Positions 51,501 to 63,800 of a DNA stretch of 64,000 nucleotides are shown here, one piece after another. Below the pieces are notes generated by a model. It was not told where the DNA came from and did not search any database. It saw only the letters and a program-made list of their open reading frames with translations. Position numbers and translations under genes: made by a program. Origin of the DNA: Amoebophrya sp. A120 (taxonomy: Eukaryota; Protista; Dinoflagellata); assembly GCA_905178155.1 (NCBI GenBank), contig CAJINV010000014.1, forward strand, positions 654,116 to 718,115. The letters run 5' to 3'. Numbering within the stretch: position 1 is the stretch's first letter; each line of letters opens with the position of its first letter.

Positions 51501-53497
51501 GTATGGCTTGCAAAAACAAAAATACCGTAGAGTCGTGACAGCACCAGACCACGTCGAGCAAGAGCGAAGCGGAAAAGAATAGAGGTATATGGCTCCGCTG
51601 CAGTTACACCTCCTAGCCGAAACTACTACAAGCGGTGCCATCGCTTCAGGAGCGCGGCCCTAGGTGTAGCCTGTAGTTGATCTGCAAATCGCGGTCGCGA
51701 TCGTCACCGTGATCTGTGGATACGACCGAGCATTTTGAATTTACTAAACTACGACTGATTTAAGAATGTATCTGCTGCTCCACGTGCTCTACGGTACTTT
51801 TCGTCCAACAGGATAGATTTCGATCGTACTCCGCGCGCTTGATCGCCCGCTCCCGAGTCACGTCGCTCAGTATGGATTGCAAAAATGTCTGGGTCTGGAA
51901 GATTGTCAGGTTTGTCATGCAGGTTTTCCATAACTCATGAGGTCTGGTATGTAGGACATAGCATGACAGATTCTGCGAAGCCTTTCCAATGCCTATCCTG
52001 CGTGAGAAACTGCCTCTCGATTAGGTCAAAAGTGCACAACCTTTGGCAATCATGCAACACAGCTTTTTGCCTGATTCAGATTTAGCATGACAAGTTGCAT
52101 TCTTCCAGACCCAGACATTTTTACATTTGATACTCAGCTCTTTTTTCTTATTCAGATTCGTCGTCGTTGGAGCGGGTTCTAGTTCTTGCTTGTTGGAGGT
52201 TCCACCTTGGAGGTGTTGCGCAGCAGTAGAACCAGCTCCGGCTCCTGCTTTTCCATCGCGGTCCGCTGGAGGTTCTTGGATTTTTATATTTCCACTTCCT
52301 ACGATCACGCCAGCCGCTCCTGCTCCGTCGGACGATGATGTGCCTGCTCCAGGATGAAGAGTATGCTGTGCAAAAGTATCGTACTCGTATTGCGGTCATG
52401 CATTAGCATTACAAATCTTTTTCTTGAGGTAGATCAGCATTACAAATTTTCTCTCTCATGCTGGGGAAATTTGTAATGCATTTATACGAGTACGATATTA
52501 CCTTTGCAATGCATAAGGAGTGCCCATGTGTGGTCCGACCGTTCGCATTTTCGCCGCAATCGCCTCCAGTTCCTTTATCCAAGAAGAAAACGCTGCTAAT
52601 GTAAATCTGTGATGCGCAACATGCAAGATGATTCCGCCTGTCATGCTTGGCATGCGTCGCAGGGTCCATTAAAGGTCTTTTCACGTACTTACTATCTGCG
52701 CATGACAGGTTTTTGCTGTCATGCCAGACAAATTTGCTGTAATGCTGTTCCACCAAAAAAGTTACACCTACAATGTTTTTTTCTTGGATATCCTTCTTCC
52801 TTTCCGCAATAAACAAGTTGATTTGATCGCGTTTTTTGTGCAGCGCATTGACGCGCTCATAGCACCATCTCTGCCGCGCGGCCTGGCGTCGCGGACTGCT
52901 GGTACTACTCCCGGACGCGGTAGAAGAAATGGGGCCGAGGGACTTGCTAGTTATAGAAACAACTGCAGAAGTGCCTGCTTTTGAAGTCGAACCTTGTTCA
53001 CCACCACGTTGGAGAAGATCGACTACATTACTTTGCTTGTTTCCAGTTGGAACAACAGCAGCTCCCCCGGCTACACGTCGACCCTCAACCGCGGCTCTTG
53101 AAGATACTTCTACGCCAGTTCTCGCCGACGGATTAAACTTATTCTCACCTCGGCTCCGGCAGGTACTGGTACTACGTTGTGCACCACGGTTCGTCTGTTT
53201 GTTTGCCAGCACGGATTCTCTGACGAGTTTTTCCGGAGTTTTGCTTCGCCGCGCCGCGAGGGGGCCGACGGTTCCGGGCGATTTTGAAGCGGGTAATTGT
53301 ACAACTCCACCTGGTGGCTTGTAGTTTTTCGTCTTCTGGTGCTGCGAACCAATGGGCGTGGAAGCAGGTAGTTTATTCACCGAGGTCGTCGTTTCCTGGC
53401 CTTGCGTACCAATTACATCGCGAGACGTTGGAGTTGCTCCCGCGGCACCAGACTCGGGACTGCTGCCAGTATTGTTCTTGTTCACCGGGACACCCAT
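48544..53497 (-). CDS. Uncharacterised coiled-coil protein with low-complexity N-terminus
   Basis: In-frame joins across elements: AERKK/ELEAIAAKM, KKEL/SDVTRERAIK, SLESG/LCDGIMVREKLQ, LVMQ/EERALMCQ. Some junctions unresolved; may be more than one gene. Confidence 0.6.
49352..49636. mobile_element. Degenerate introner family A
   Basis: tatcaaat...ctggaag / ttccagaccccgaca...gcata; ends uncertain. Confidence 0.5.
49725..49874. mobile_element. Introner family B
   Basis: TSD TTCCT, frame restored. Confidence 0.9.
50436..50771. mobile_element. Introner family C
   Basis: TSD CAGGC, frame restored. Confidence 0.85.
51215..51447. mobile_element. Introner family A, diverged
   Basis: TIR tatcaactgcaa / ttgcggttgata; partial TSD TCC. 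Confidence 0.75.
51871..52132. mobile_element. Introner family A (reverse complement of the 61968 copy)
   Basis: TSD CTCAG, frame restored. Confidence 0.9.
52362..52515. mobile_element. Introner family B
   Basis: TSD AAGAG/AGGAG, frame restored. Confidence 0.85.
52576..52790. mobile_element. Introner family E
   Basis: TSD TCCTT, frame restored. Confidence 0.88.
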
Positions 53498-53934
53498 TGT
53501 AGCTATAGCTACACGACCGAGACAAGGTCTGCGTTTGTCGTCTTGTCTCGTCTAAAAAACCAGAGACAGAGTCGCCCAACACAGTAACATAAGACCCACA
53601 AATAACTTCTGGGAGAAGAACGATTCCATTTGACATCACTTCTATGTATATTGCTCCTGCCACAAAAGATCTATCGTAGTACTTACCACAGGCTCCTCAC
53701 ACATCATGGACGCAGCTCATTATGGTACAACTCGTAGAAGTTTACAACTTTGAATTGTTGTGTTCCCTCGTCCTCGTTCACAACTCAGACCAACTGCAGC
53801 ACGTCGTGCAGGAAAAAACGAAGAACGGACGAAACAGCTTCCACTATATCAAAATAGGCAATCACACCAACAGGACACCAATTATTTTTCCTGAACGTCA
53901 AAACAACATAACTTCCCTGCCAAAAGGAAGATAT

Positions 53935-54040
53935 AGATAACAGACTTAGAACGTCGATCGTGATCGACATGGTGCGTTTCTTCGCACTTCTGTGCTACCA
54001 CAGATAACAGACTTAGAACGTCGATCGTGATCGACATGGT
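53935..54040. repeat. Exact 39-bp direct repeat containing a small hairpin
   Basis: AGATAACAGACTTAGAACGTCGATCGTGATCGACATGGT at 53935-53973 and 54002-54040. Confidence 0.85.
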
Positions 54041-54146
54041 CCGTCCTTGGGTTGAAGCATTAACCCCCCAGGCGGATGCAGCTATCTTCGTGCTTCTGCT
54101 TGTTGCTCTGTCTTGTGCTAATGCGGTTTGTTGTTCTGCGCACTAC

Positions 54147-57100
54147 TTACACTTCGGCGACAAAATCAATGGCGTTTCGATTGTACCACTCTGCGAGCAG
54201 ATCAGCCGGAATCCACTCCTTCGTCTTGTCACGGTTCTCAAATAGTTTGAGATCTTTGTCGGCCTCCGCGAGCGTCATTACGACCAGCTTCAACGGGTCA
54301 GAGACAGAGTCCTCTTGTACAAAAGATTGAGACCACGCCGACTGTTTCCGTTCCTCTGATGAGTCGAAAAGCTGCTGGCTTCCTGCTACAGCTTCCCTTG
54401 CGGTTTTTTCTTGATGCGCCGAAAACGATGACTCCTCGCCCAAACCGGAAAATGGGCAACCTGCGGCGCTGCTGGTGCTGGTTCCGCCACTGCTGGACAT
54501 CGGTGCTTTCTTACTGTTCGCCACCAAGCGAATCGCAGCCCGGACGGCGTTTCGAATCTGGTCCACGTCTTTTTCCTCGACTGCCAAGATGGCGCGAATG
54601 TTCACCCGGTCAGCCCACTTTTCGCATCGCATCATCAGGTGCATCTCCGGGCGCGAAAAGCGGCGCCACCAGCCCCTCCAGGAGTCGAGGGCAAACCGTT
54701 TTCGGAATTGTTTTTGCTGCCAGTGTGCCTGTCCCGTTACGTCCACCACATCCCCCAAGACCAACACTGGTAGGGTGCCCGGCCCCATGTAGGTCCGCAG
54801 CTTCTCGGTGGCGTCCGCTATGCTGTGTAAAAACGTAGGTATGACTCTCCACCCCCAGTGTCGAATTCGATTTGTCATGCGAATTTGCATAATACCCAGA
54901 AAAAAATCTACCGCGGAATGCATCTCCCGCGCGGCTCTTTTCAGCATGGATCTGCGATCGTGGCGAACGTGCAGAGGGAAGTGGGAGGCTAGGTCTTGAT
55001 CTTCCAGCCGCAGATATTTATATTTATTTTCATGCTGGGTATGGGCTGTGAAAGACGTTTTTCCTCATGATATCGGCGCTTTCCTCCCTGGTCAACCACC
55101 AGAATCGACCAGCGTAGGCATGGGGCTTGAGACCCGCGTGTCTGAGAGTGCACAACCCGACCCCCCGACACCCTTCTACCTCATATGTGGTCACGTTGGA
55201 CGCAAATACCGAAGTCGAATAGAAGAAACGGAAGACATTCTCTGCGCCACTTATGTTATTTGAGTACATAAAGTCATCCCTTTATTTCTTGGCGCTCTGC
55301 ATCTTTAATTTTACAGCATGATAAGTTTCGAAACCCCCGACGATGCTTCTAGTGGAGGCAGCAACGCGCTCGAGTTCTTGTCCTTGTTGTGCACTCGGAT
55401 AGCGTTCTTGTTTGCGTACTCTTTCGCCATATCCCACAGACGCACGCTTTCGTCTCCGCTGCATTCATGCATCCGAAAGGACACGGGGGCAGACACTGCA
55501 ACGAACTTCCGCTGGAGCTCAGCGTAATTCGTTTTTTCATCATTGCGGAGGGACGTCGTGGTCGACTGGATGTCGGTCCCCACCGTTTCATTCGCCATCT
55601 GTGCCCGCTCCCCTCCGGTTAACTCGATCCCCTTCCGGGTCAGGAAATTCACGCCAGCCAGCTGCGCGTTCGTGAAGAGAATCGCCGAGACCACATGGTA
55701 AATCGCCACACCGGTGAGCGACCAGGGTGTTGGAAAACCCAGGTCATCGCTTGGAGGTCTCGCCAGCTCCAGTGCGCGTTGGGAAACTGAGGGCGAATGG
55801 CAGAGGAAGAGCTGACCGATGTACGCGTTCAATAAGACAGTGGCTCTACGCACGAAAGGGCCAAGCCATTGCTCAAAGATATGGCTATCGTCCGACCACG
55901 ATCTTCCGCAATGCCGCGTTTTTATTTGGTCGGGCGAAGCTGTGGAGTTGTCGTGGTGGAACCAATATGCCGCGCAAAAGTATCGCACTCGTGCAATTTT
56001 GTGCAGTCAGTCTGGCGTGATAAGTCTGATTATTTCATATTAGGTAACTCGTCAGCACTTGCTGCAAACGCCACCTCTAAACCTCCAGATGCATCTAAGG
56101 AGCCCAAGCCCAACATACATAAAGAACTACAACTCTACTGCAGTGTAAATTTTAGCTTTACTTCTAAAAGTGTAAGTGTCGCGATACTTTTACCGAGCAT
56201 AGCCAAGACTGCAGCGAGGAGTTCTCCATCGCGTAATACCTCTCCTTCTCATACGGCGGATCGTACTTGTATTCATGTCGTGGACGTTCCCAGATCAGGC
56301 CATTGAAGGAAGACCACGAAGCGGGAGCCTTTGCGAGCACATCTTTGGCGAATGGCGTGCGCTTGATCGCTCGCAAGTACTTTCTTGCCACTATCTGCGC
56401 CTCCTGCTCGTCCACGGCGACAAAAAACTGCTCTCCCTGTATGGAAGTGTCTGGTTTGAAATGGGCGACACAGTAAACAATTTGCAATGCACAAAATTAT
56501 GCGGGGCACGGGCACACAGTAGAAAGGGTGCCTTTCTTGAAGAGCACGAGCAGGCAAATCAGGAAGATTCTGCGATAAGCCTGTTTGAGGTTGTGTGATG
56601 ATGTTGCAGATAGAGCTGCTACAAGAGTACGACAAAAAAAGCATTTTTTGCCCAAACAGCAAGCATCAAACAGCAACACTCCTTTTCCTTTTTTTGCACT
56701 TCGCTACTGGCAAATAAATCTTCATTTGTCATCATGCGCCATCAGCTAGAGCTTGCGGGTTCTTCGACTACTGGTCGTGTCGCTACAATATCAAATACTA
56801 TACGCTGCAAACTCTTTCAACCTTGTCGATTTCGAACCCGACACTGCCATACCCTTTCCGATTCTGTTAATCAGAGCATCCCGATCCCGATCGTAGAGGC
56901 CCGCGGAGAGGCACCTCGGTCGCAGGTCAGGCTGGTCGCCGCGAAGAACTGCGAGTGAGGCAGAGCCTGCGCCGTTATGAGAGTGCATAACCAACCCTTC
57001 CCCTCTTTTGAAGGCCATGATCAGGAGCAACACAAGCAACGGCAGATGAAATTTGGGCTCCGTGTAAAAAATCGTCTGCACATCACCAATTGCAGTAGTA

Positions 57101-58555
57101 CTGCAATCGCTGAAGAGCGCGGCACTCCGCGTGAAGTGAGTGTGAGTCCTCTGAAATTGTTCTGTACAATTTAAGACTCACACTCACTTCACGCAGAGGC
57201 AGACAATTCCTCTTCCACCTAACAATAAACAATCAATGGATTTGGAATTTATAATTTTTACACATGCTGCGGAAGCAGGGAAGCTGTCGTTCTTGTGCAC
57301 TCTCATAGCTGGCGCGAAGACCTCCGTCATCGCCATCGTCATCCTGTCGAGAGCCACCCACTCGGTTCGTGGAGAAGACGCTGGCAATCTTGAACGTCTC
57401 GAGGAATTCAGGCCGGCAAAACGCGTCCGATCGGGAGGAAGTTCCCTGCTCATCATGGCGGTCCGCTTCGCGGGTCAAATTTTGACCATTCATCGCACTG
57501 CGTCCATTAGTAGTACTCCCACTCGACATTGTTCCGTCTGTAGCGGCAACGACGTCCGCTGCGTCGCCCGACACCTGCGAGGACGGCCAGGCATAGGCTG
57601 TCGCGTCATTTTGATTTTCCTCGTCCCGCCTTTCGAGCTCGCAGGGGCAATCGAGGCGCCAATTTAGCAGCTGCAGACTGATCTTTTTCGACGATGCCGA
57701 CGGGCCATTTGCACCATTTGCGTATGTATGCGGCCGAGCAAGAAGCTGTGCGTTGGCGCGCCGCAGCCGCTCCGCCAGTGGATTCGCACGAATCACAGCA
57801 TCGCAGATCTCGTCGCTGCACGTCGATGGAGCTTTGATCCGCTTGTTGGGTGTTTGAAGAAAAGCATCGGGCTCCTGATATCCTCCCTTCGTTATAATTT
57901 GCTTGATGTGATGTTCGTCTTCATTTTCTATCTCCACCCAAGAAGCTCCTTTTTGTTGTTGGCGTTGTTCGGTACTACTGCTGGCCCCTTTGTGGTCAAC
58001 GGTAACCACACGCGCGAAGCTTTGTGGAGTAGAACTGAACCCAGCGAAAGGTGGAGGGCCAACGGATGAACGAGGAGTATCGCTGGTATGCAAGAATTCC
58101 ACTGCTGATTCTTCTTGAAGGGCAGAACCGTTCTCGTCGCTGTCTCGTCCTCGTGAATTTGTATTTATCATTTCGCCGTCAACATCATCGTCTCCCTGTC
58201 GGTCATTTTTCCTCGAAGAGGGGCGAGATGGCGCCGCGGAAAAGCGAGTAGTCGTGCTTTTTGCTCGTCCGCCACGACCACCTCCGGGCCCGTCGACTTC
58301 CTGTGGTTGTTCTTCTTCTTGTTTACCCTTATCCAGAAGTCCCACAGAAGTTGAAGTTGATGCTGCGGCTACTTCTCCGGCCGCGAAGCATTTCAACCTC
58401 TCCAGCAGGAGGAGGAGCAGTGGAAGTGATATTAGACCGCCGCGTAGTAGTGCCTGTCGGGAAATGAGACAAACGAAAGCAAAGCTGCGGCAAGAAGATG
58501 AGGCAAAGCTACTTCTCGAGCAGTTTGTCTGTCGTTTGGACGTCGAAGCCTCCAT
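54147..58555 (-). CDS. Large uncharacterised protein with N-terminal signal/anchor
   Basis: Hydrophobic GGLISLPLLLLLL near the start; joins GLRAS/AGSASLAV, SLQSW/FHHDNS and TREES/ADATEKLR across three elements; other junctions unresolved. Confidence 0.6.
54819..55072. mobile_element. Introner family C, diverged
   Basis: TSD TCCGC/TCGGC, frame restored. Confidence 0.8.
55966..56201. mobile_element. Introner family B, expanded
   Basis: TSD ACCAA/GCCAA, frame restored. Confidence 0.8.
56976..57307. mobile_element. Introner family K (TIR TATGAGAGTGCA)
   Basis: 12-bp perfect TIR; removing element + 5 nt keeps frame. Confidence 0.8.
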
Positions 58556-60883
58556 TTTGCTCAGCTAGGAGTAGGACTAGGAGAAGGTGACCACCCTTGG
58601 AGGGACAAATAAAACTATGGAGCGACGTCGCTGTCCGCGGGGCGCAGGTTGTCGCGAACAAGTTGTCGCATGTCACCAAGCTTCATCTTCTGACTCATTT
58701 TTTGTGTTTTTGGTGCGGTTCTGTTCACGGAACGTTCGGAGTGTCCTTCTTGGCGCGAACACGACGCCCCAGGAAAGGAAGGAGAAGTCTTGAACTGACA
58801 TCACAACCAAACGAGTTGAGTAGAGTGCGAGGGGGGTGGAGATGGATCAACAAACAAGGACCCACAACTGTGTTGCTACTTCGCCGTTGCTTGCTCGCCT
58901 CCTTCCGCTCCGCTCCTCGTTATAGACATCTTCAAAAGAGATCAAGCGCTCGACTTCCCTCGTTTTGTGCTCTTTTCGGTTCTTCCAGATAGAAGATGAG
59001 CTCCAAGTCCTTTGGAGGTTATTCTTACACCATCGTCGTTCAAGAAGTCTATAGTCATTTTCAGTACAGTTGTATTTCCTCCTTTCTACAACGCCTGGAC
59101 GACTTCTTCAAGCCAGTCCCTAGTACAATCAACCTCTGCCGTCCGACGGAACTGTTGAATCCGTTATCTTTGTGCCCTGTACTTGATAGCTCAATGCGCC
59201 CTATCAAACGCGCATACACAAGTAGGGTAAAAACGGTTGTGAGACCAGCACCGTGCACAGTAGTTTTTCTGTGATTCAGGTCTGTTCTTCACGACCTGTA
59301 AAGTTGCTTTGTTAGGAGCTACCTTTTTATTTCGATGATAGAAGACGATTCTGAAGTTAGTAGTGCAGAAAGAGACTGTAGAGACAACAACAAGAACAAA
59401 CTACAAATGGACAGCAAAAAAAGTTCTCCAATGTGTATATTTTCGTATCTAAATAGTATTTCCAAATGCACTGCTTTGTACAGGTCACGAGAGAAAAATG
59501 TTGAAAAAAATTTCTCCTCAAGGAAAGGAAAGAAGATAAAAAGAAAAACCTATATTGAAATTGTGGAGCAACTTTCTTAGTTGCGACCCTCTTGCGGTCA
59601 ATATTTAAGAACATTCTTTAGAAGTATAGACTGCTCCACCTGCACTGGTGTTGCTGAAGCTTTGAGTGATCGATAAATCGATGCACGATCCTGAAGACCA
59701 TGCACTTGCTATCGTCTTTCGCTGGGCGCATTCTTTTTAGAAACGCCACAACCATCCACATCAAGAACTTAACATTTTTCCTAATGGGTCCATAGGTAGC
59801 ATATTACCGCTCGCAGATGAGACTGTTATATATCATGCGATGACCGTTTGCCTGTGCCACCTTGCTGAGTTACACAATCGCAGCTGCAAAATTTTTGCCG
59901 GTACTTGGTTCTTTTCAACTCGTCATAGCTTTTTTGACAACTTCATCCGAGTACAAACCAGCACAACAAAAACAACGCAGCTACAAAAGCTAAATAAAGC
60001 ACGTGCTCTAGTAATCGTGGGCCATAATTCATCTTCCGTGCGGGGAGAGGGGGAATGACATAGTCCCCCCGATGATGAAAACGTAGTACCTATCTTGTCC
60101 AGCGCTACAGAATCGAAGTAGCAAAGCAACTTCCATTTGCCTTCTACTTCAAAAGTACATGAAATCAAGACTGACGGCACCAACGGCACTGGAGCCCGTG
60201 CGCAGATCGTTGTTTGTTAATGTTATTGTTATTGCTTGCATCTTGTTTCTTGGAAATAAAAATAAATGCCAGTGCTGGTCGTATTGGGTCTCAGTACCAT
60301 CTGCAGCCCGCGACGCAGCATAGTGGGGTCCCACGCCAACACCGCATAGCACCTGATCCGAAAAAGTATCTTGGACCTCCTGTAGTTGTCTGGAAAGATC
60401 ACGAGTTCAATCGATTTGTGCCACTTCTAGTGACGGGCGATTGACATCTCCCTTTTAATACATTTTCATTTATATCATAATCATATACAATTCTGGCATT
60501 CTCTTCTATTTGCATAGACATCCTTCTGTTTCTTAACATCATGACCTACTGTTCCTACACCTATAAACTCAAGTTCCTCTAAATCTGAAGAGCAAGAATA
60601 CCGCCTTGCTCGAAAAAATAGCAATAGCAGCCTGTTGCGTTTGCATTTTAAAATTAAAACATCATCCTCGTTCGTCTATTATTATTGAGAAGACCCGATA
60701 CTTCTTGTGGCTGCCACGTCAAGTGGTGCTCGTCCTAGAAGCCTATTTTTTGTAGTTGTTTCTGAATGAAATTATAACAGCACAAGAGCAGAAAAGCCGA
60801 ACAACAAAAAAAAAGTTCCATTATCAAAAGTCATACACCAGATACACATGAAATCAAAATCTAGTACCTAGGATGCCTCATAA

Positions 60884-63800
60884 TTATTTGATTTCTTGTA
60901 AATAGCCCCACAATTGGTTCAGCCTCTGTTTTGCTTCCTCGTAGTCCGTCAGCTCGTTTCTGCAGATTTCCCGTGCCAGCTGAATCAACTCAAACATCTG
61001 TTTGGCGTCGGCGGATTTGTTTCGGTCCGGGTGGGTGTACCGTGCCAGGGTGCGGTAACGCGTGTTCAGCAGCTGCTCGTCAAATTGCTGGGGCAGACCC
61101 AGCGTCACGATGGCTAGCTTCCGTAGTTTCTTGCACAAAATCAGGGTGGATTCCTCGCGCCAACATTCGTAGGTGTAGGCCGCCACCCCCGAGCCGACGA
61201 AACAGCCCAGGATCGCGCACAGCGCCGGGCTCCACCCCAGACTGGCCCCGAGAATACACGCGGCCGCGCCCATGCCATTGCTGTACCCGCTGAACACTGC
61301 GTCCGCGAGAAACTGCTCCTGCGTAAGGTGCTTCTGGGTGTACATCAAATACCGAAGCGCAATCCTATCCTGTGCAGAAGTATCGCACTTGTATTGCAAT
61401 CATGCAGTTTCTTCTTAAAGGTAAATCAGTACCAGCATTTACAAATTTTATTTCTCATGCTGAGGAGATTTCTAATGCATTCATACGAGTACGATACTTT
61501 TGCAGTTGATAAATCCACCCGGAGCCCAGAATGCCCAGCAGCGCCGGCGTCGGGTTCAGGGCAAGGTAGTTAGCAGCAAACTGCATGGTGGGCTGATATA
61601 AAATTCATTTCGCATGTAGATGAAAGTGGTAGGCGTAGTACTTCTAGCGTGGTCCTTCAGATGTTGTTGGGTCAAGATGCAGAAGGCGATTCAGATTTCA
61701 ACTACTTGGCGAGCCGCAGGAAAAGTATGAGGAAGATTTTTACAAGTATTAACAACGACCGCAAGTCGGAAATGGATTTTCAACTACGAGGAGTACTATC
61801 TCACTCTTCTGAATCAAAGAAACACACCCCGTTTTTCTTGTACTTATGAATGTATAGAGACAGAGATTATTTAGTTCTTTTTCTTACCATCGAGGCACAT
61901 CCTTGCGCGGCATTAATCAACTGTAGGACACTCCAGTAGCTAGCGCCAACACAGGCTCCCTTCCCCGTATCAAATGTAAAAGTGTCTGGGTCTGGAAGAA
62001 TGCAACTTGTCATGCTAAATCTGAAGCATTGAAAAATCTGTGTTGCATGATTACCAAAAGTGGTCCAGTTTTGACCAAGTCGGGAGGGAGTTTCTCATGC
62101 AGGGTAGGCATGAGAGAGATCGCGCAGAATCTGTCATGCTAGGTCCTGCATTCCAGACCTCGTGTGTCATGGAAAAGCTGCATGACAAATCTGACAATCT
62201 TCCAGACCCAGACATTTTTACAATCCATACCCCGCGTCGACAGCCAGCTCCTTGCCGATGTCGGACATTTTGGTGTCTTCCTTGGCCAGCCACAGGGACC
62301 GGACCAAACCCAGCACGGACTGCACCCCTATGGACACAGACATCGACATGGCCAGACTCGTGGGCGCGAGCATGTAATCCTTTCCGGCCACCGCAGAGGA
62401 AGCATTCGCGAAGCTGGGGCCCGCCGCAGGGTGCTGCCGAATCACGTGCAGGCCGCCACGCATCTGAGTTTATTTTTGCTAGTTGTTCGGTATAGTTACT
62501 TGGAACTGCGTATGCCTACTATTAATCAGCTTTAGAAAAAATTTTCCATGGTGGTCTGTCACGCAGATGGATCACAACAACTACAACATCCAACGGGCCC
62601 TGCTCTATTAAATGAACGAATAGAAGCGTAGGAGTAGTACCGGGTCCACTTTGAAGGTGTAGTGTTTTAGCGGCAAGAAATTCTCTCCGATCGCGTTGAT
62701 ACCACCTGCCAGGGACGAGGAGGCCCCTCCTGCGGACGCCGCGCTGGTCGCGCCCACAGAAGTTGCACCAGTGCTTGAGGCCGCAACCGCGTGGGCAACG
62801 GCCTGGGATGAAGCTGCGCCCGCTCCTCCAGTGACACCTCCACTCCCCGCGGCCACCAACGCAGCGTTGACTTGCCCGGCGTTGTTTGCAATGAACAAAT
62901 TGCCCCCGGCGGTGGAGGCAGTGGAGACGTATCCTGTGCAAAAACGTCGGGGGCCCCAAACCGCATGTTAATTGGAGGTCATGCAAATCTGCATGCAGCT
63001 GCCCCAGAAGTCTCTCATCATGATTCCCAATGAGCAGCACTTTCCATATGACGTGTTGGACCAGCCTTCCGAAAAAATCATGCTCTTGCTAGCAGGACCA
63101 CAACATGGCCAATTACAATTTCAATTCGTCGTGATGCGGCTATTTATAGCCAAGCACGACCACAGAGACAGACACATACACACTGCATGTCATCAAAAGC
63201 ATGCGGAGTCGACAATGTGCTTCTCGAACAAGAAGATCTGTCTAACCAGATTTCTGATCTCGCCTCCGGAAAGGGGTGAACGACGTTTTTACATAGAATA
63301 AGATGACGCGCTGGATGAGCCAGGTGTCCGCGACGTTTTTGATGGCGTTGGTGGTACTGGAGCCGGTCGCGCCGAGAACGTAGGCGGGCGTGATCACGTT
63401 GGGCGTGGCCCGGTAGTGCGTTATAACGCGCTCAGGTGTTACAATCTCAAACGTTACAATAGAGTTTGGAAATCTGTGATCCAAAAAGTGCATGACCTAG
63501 CCTTCATCTCCCACAGGTCTGCGCATGACAAGTTCCGGAGTCCCAAACCGCACTAGAATCATCATCTGGCGAGATTTGTATTGCAGAAAGTGGACCAAGT
63601 CTGTGTCTGTCATGCTCATCATGCAACACAAAATCCAGACTCTATTGCCACATTGAAGATTGCAACATCTGAGCAAGCCATATGCGTGATCCGCGTCTCC
63701 TGTTCTATGGGCTGCTTCATCTCGGCCTCCCAACGGTTCGACAGGTTGTTCTGCTCCAGGTTGGGGTGGTGCGACAGGGCGGCCCGGTTGATCCGTGTTC

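Noticed and set aside
49977-51745. Further candidate relic elements starting near 49977 and 51502 (also about 35623 and 12520-12810)
   Set aside because: A TAT start is present but the partner end and TSD could not be fixed with confidence.
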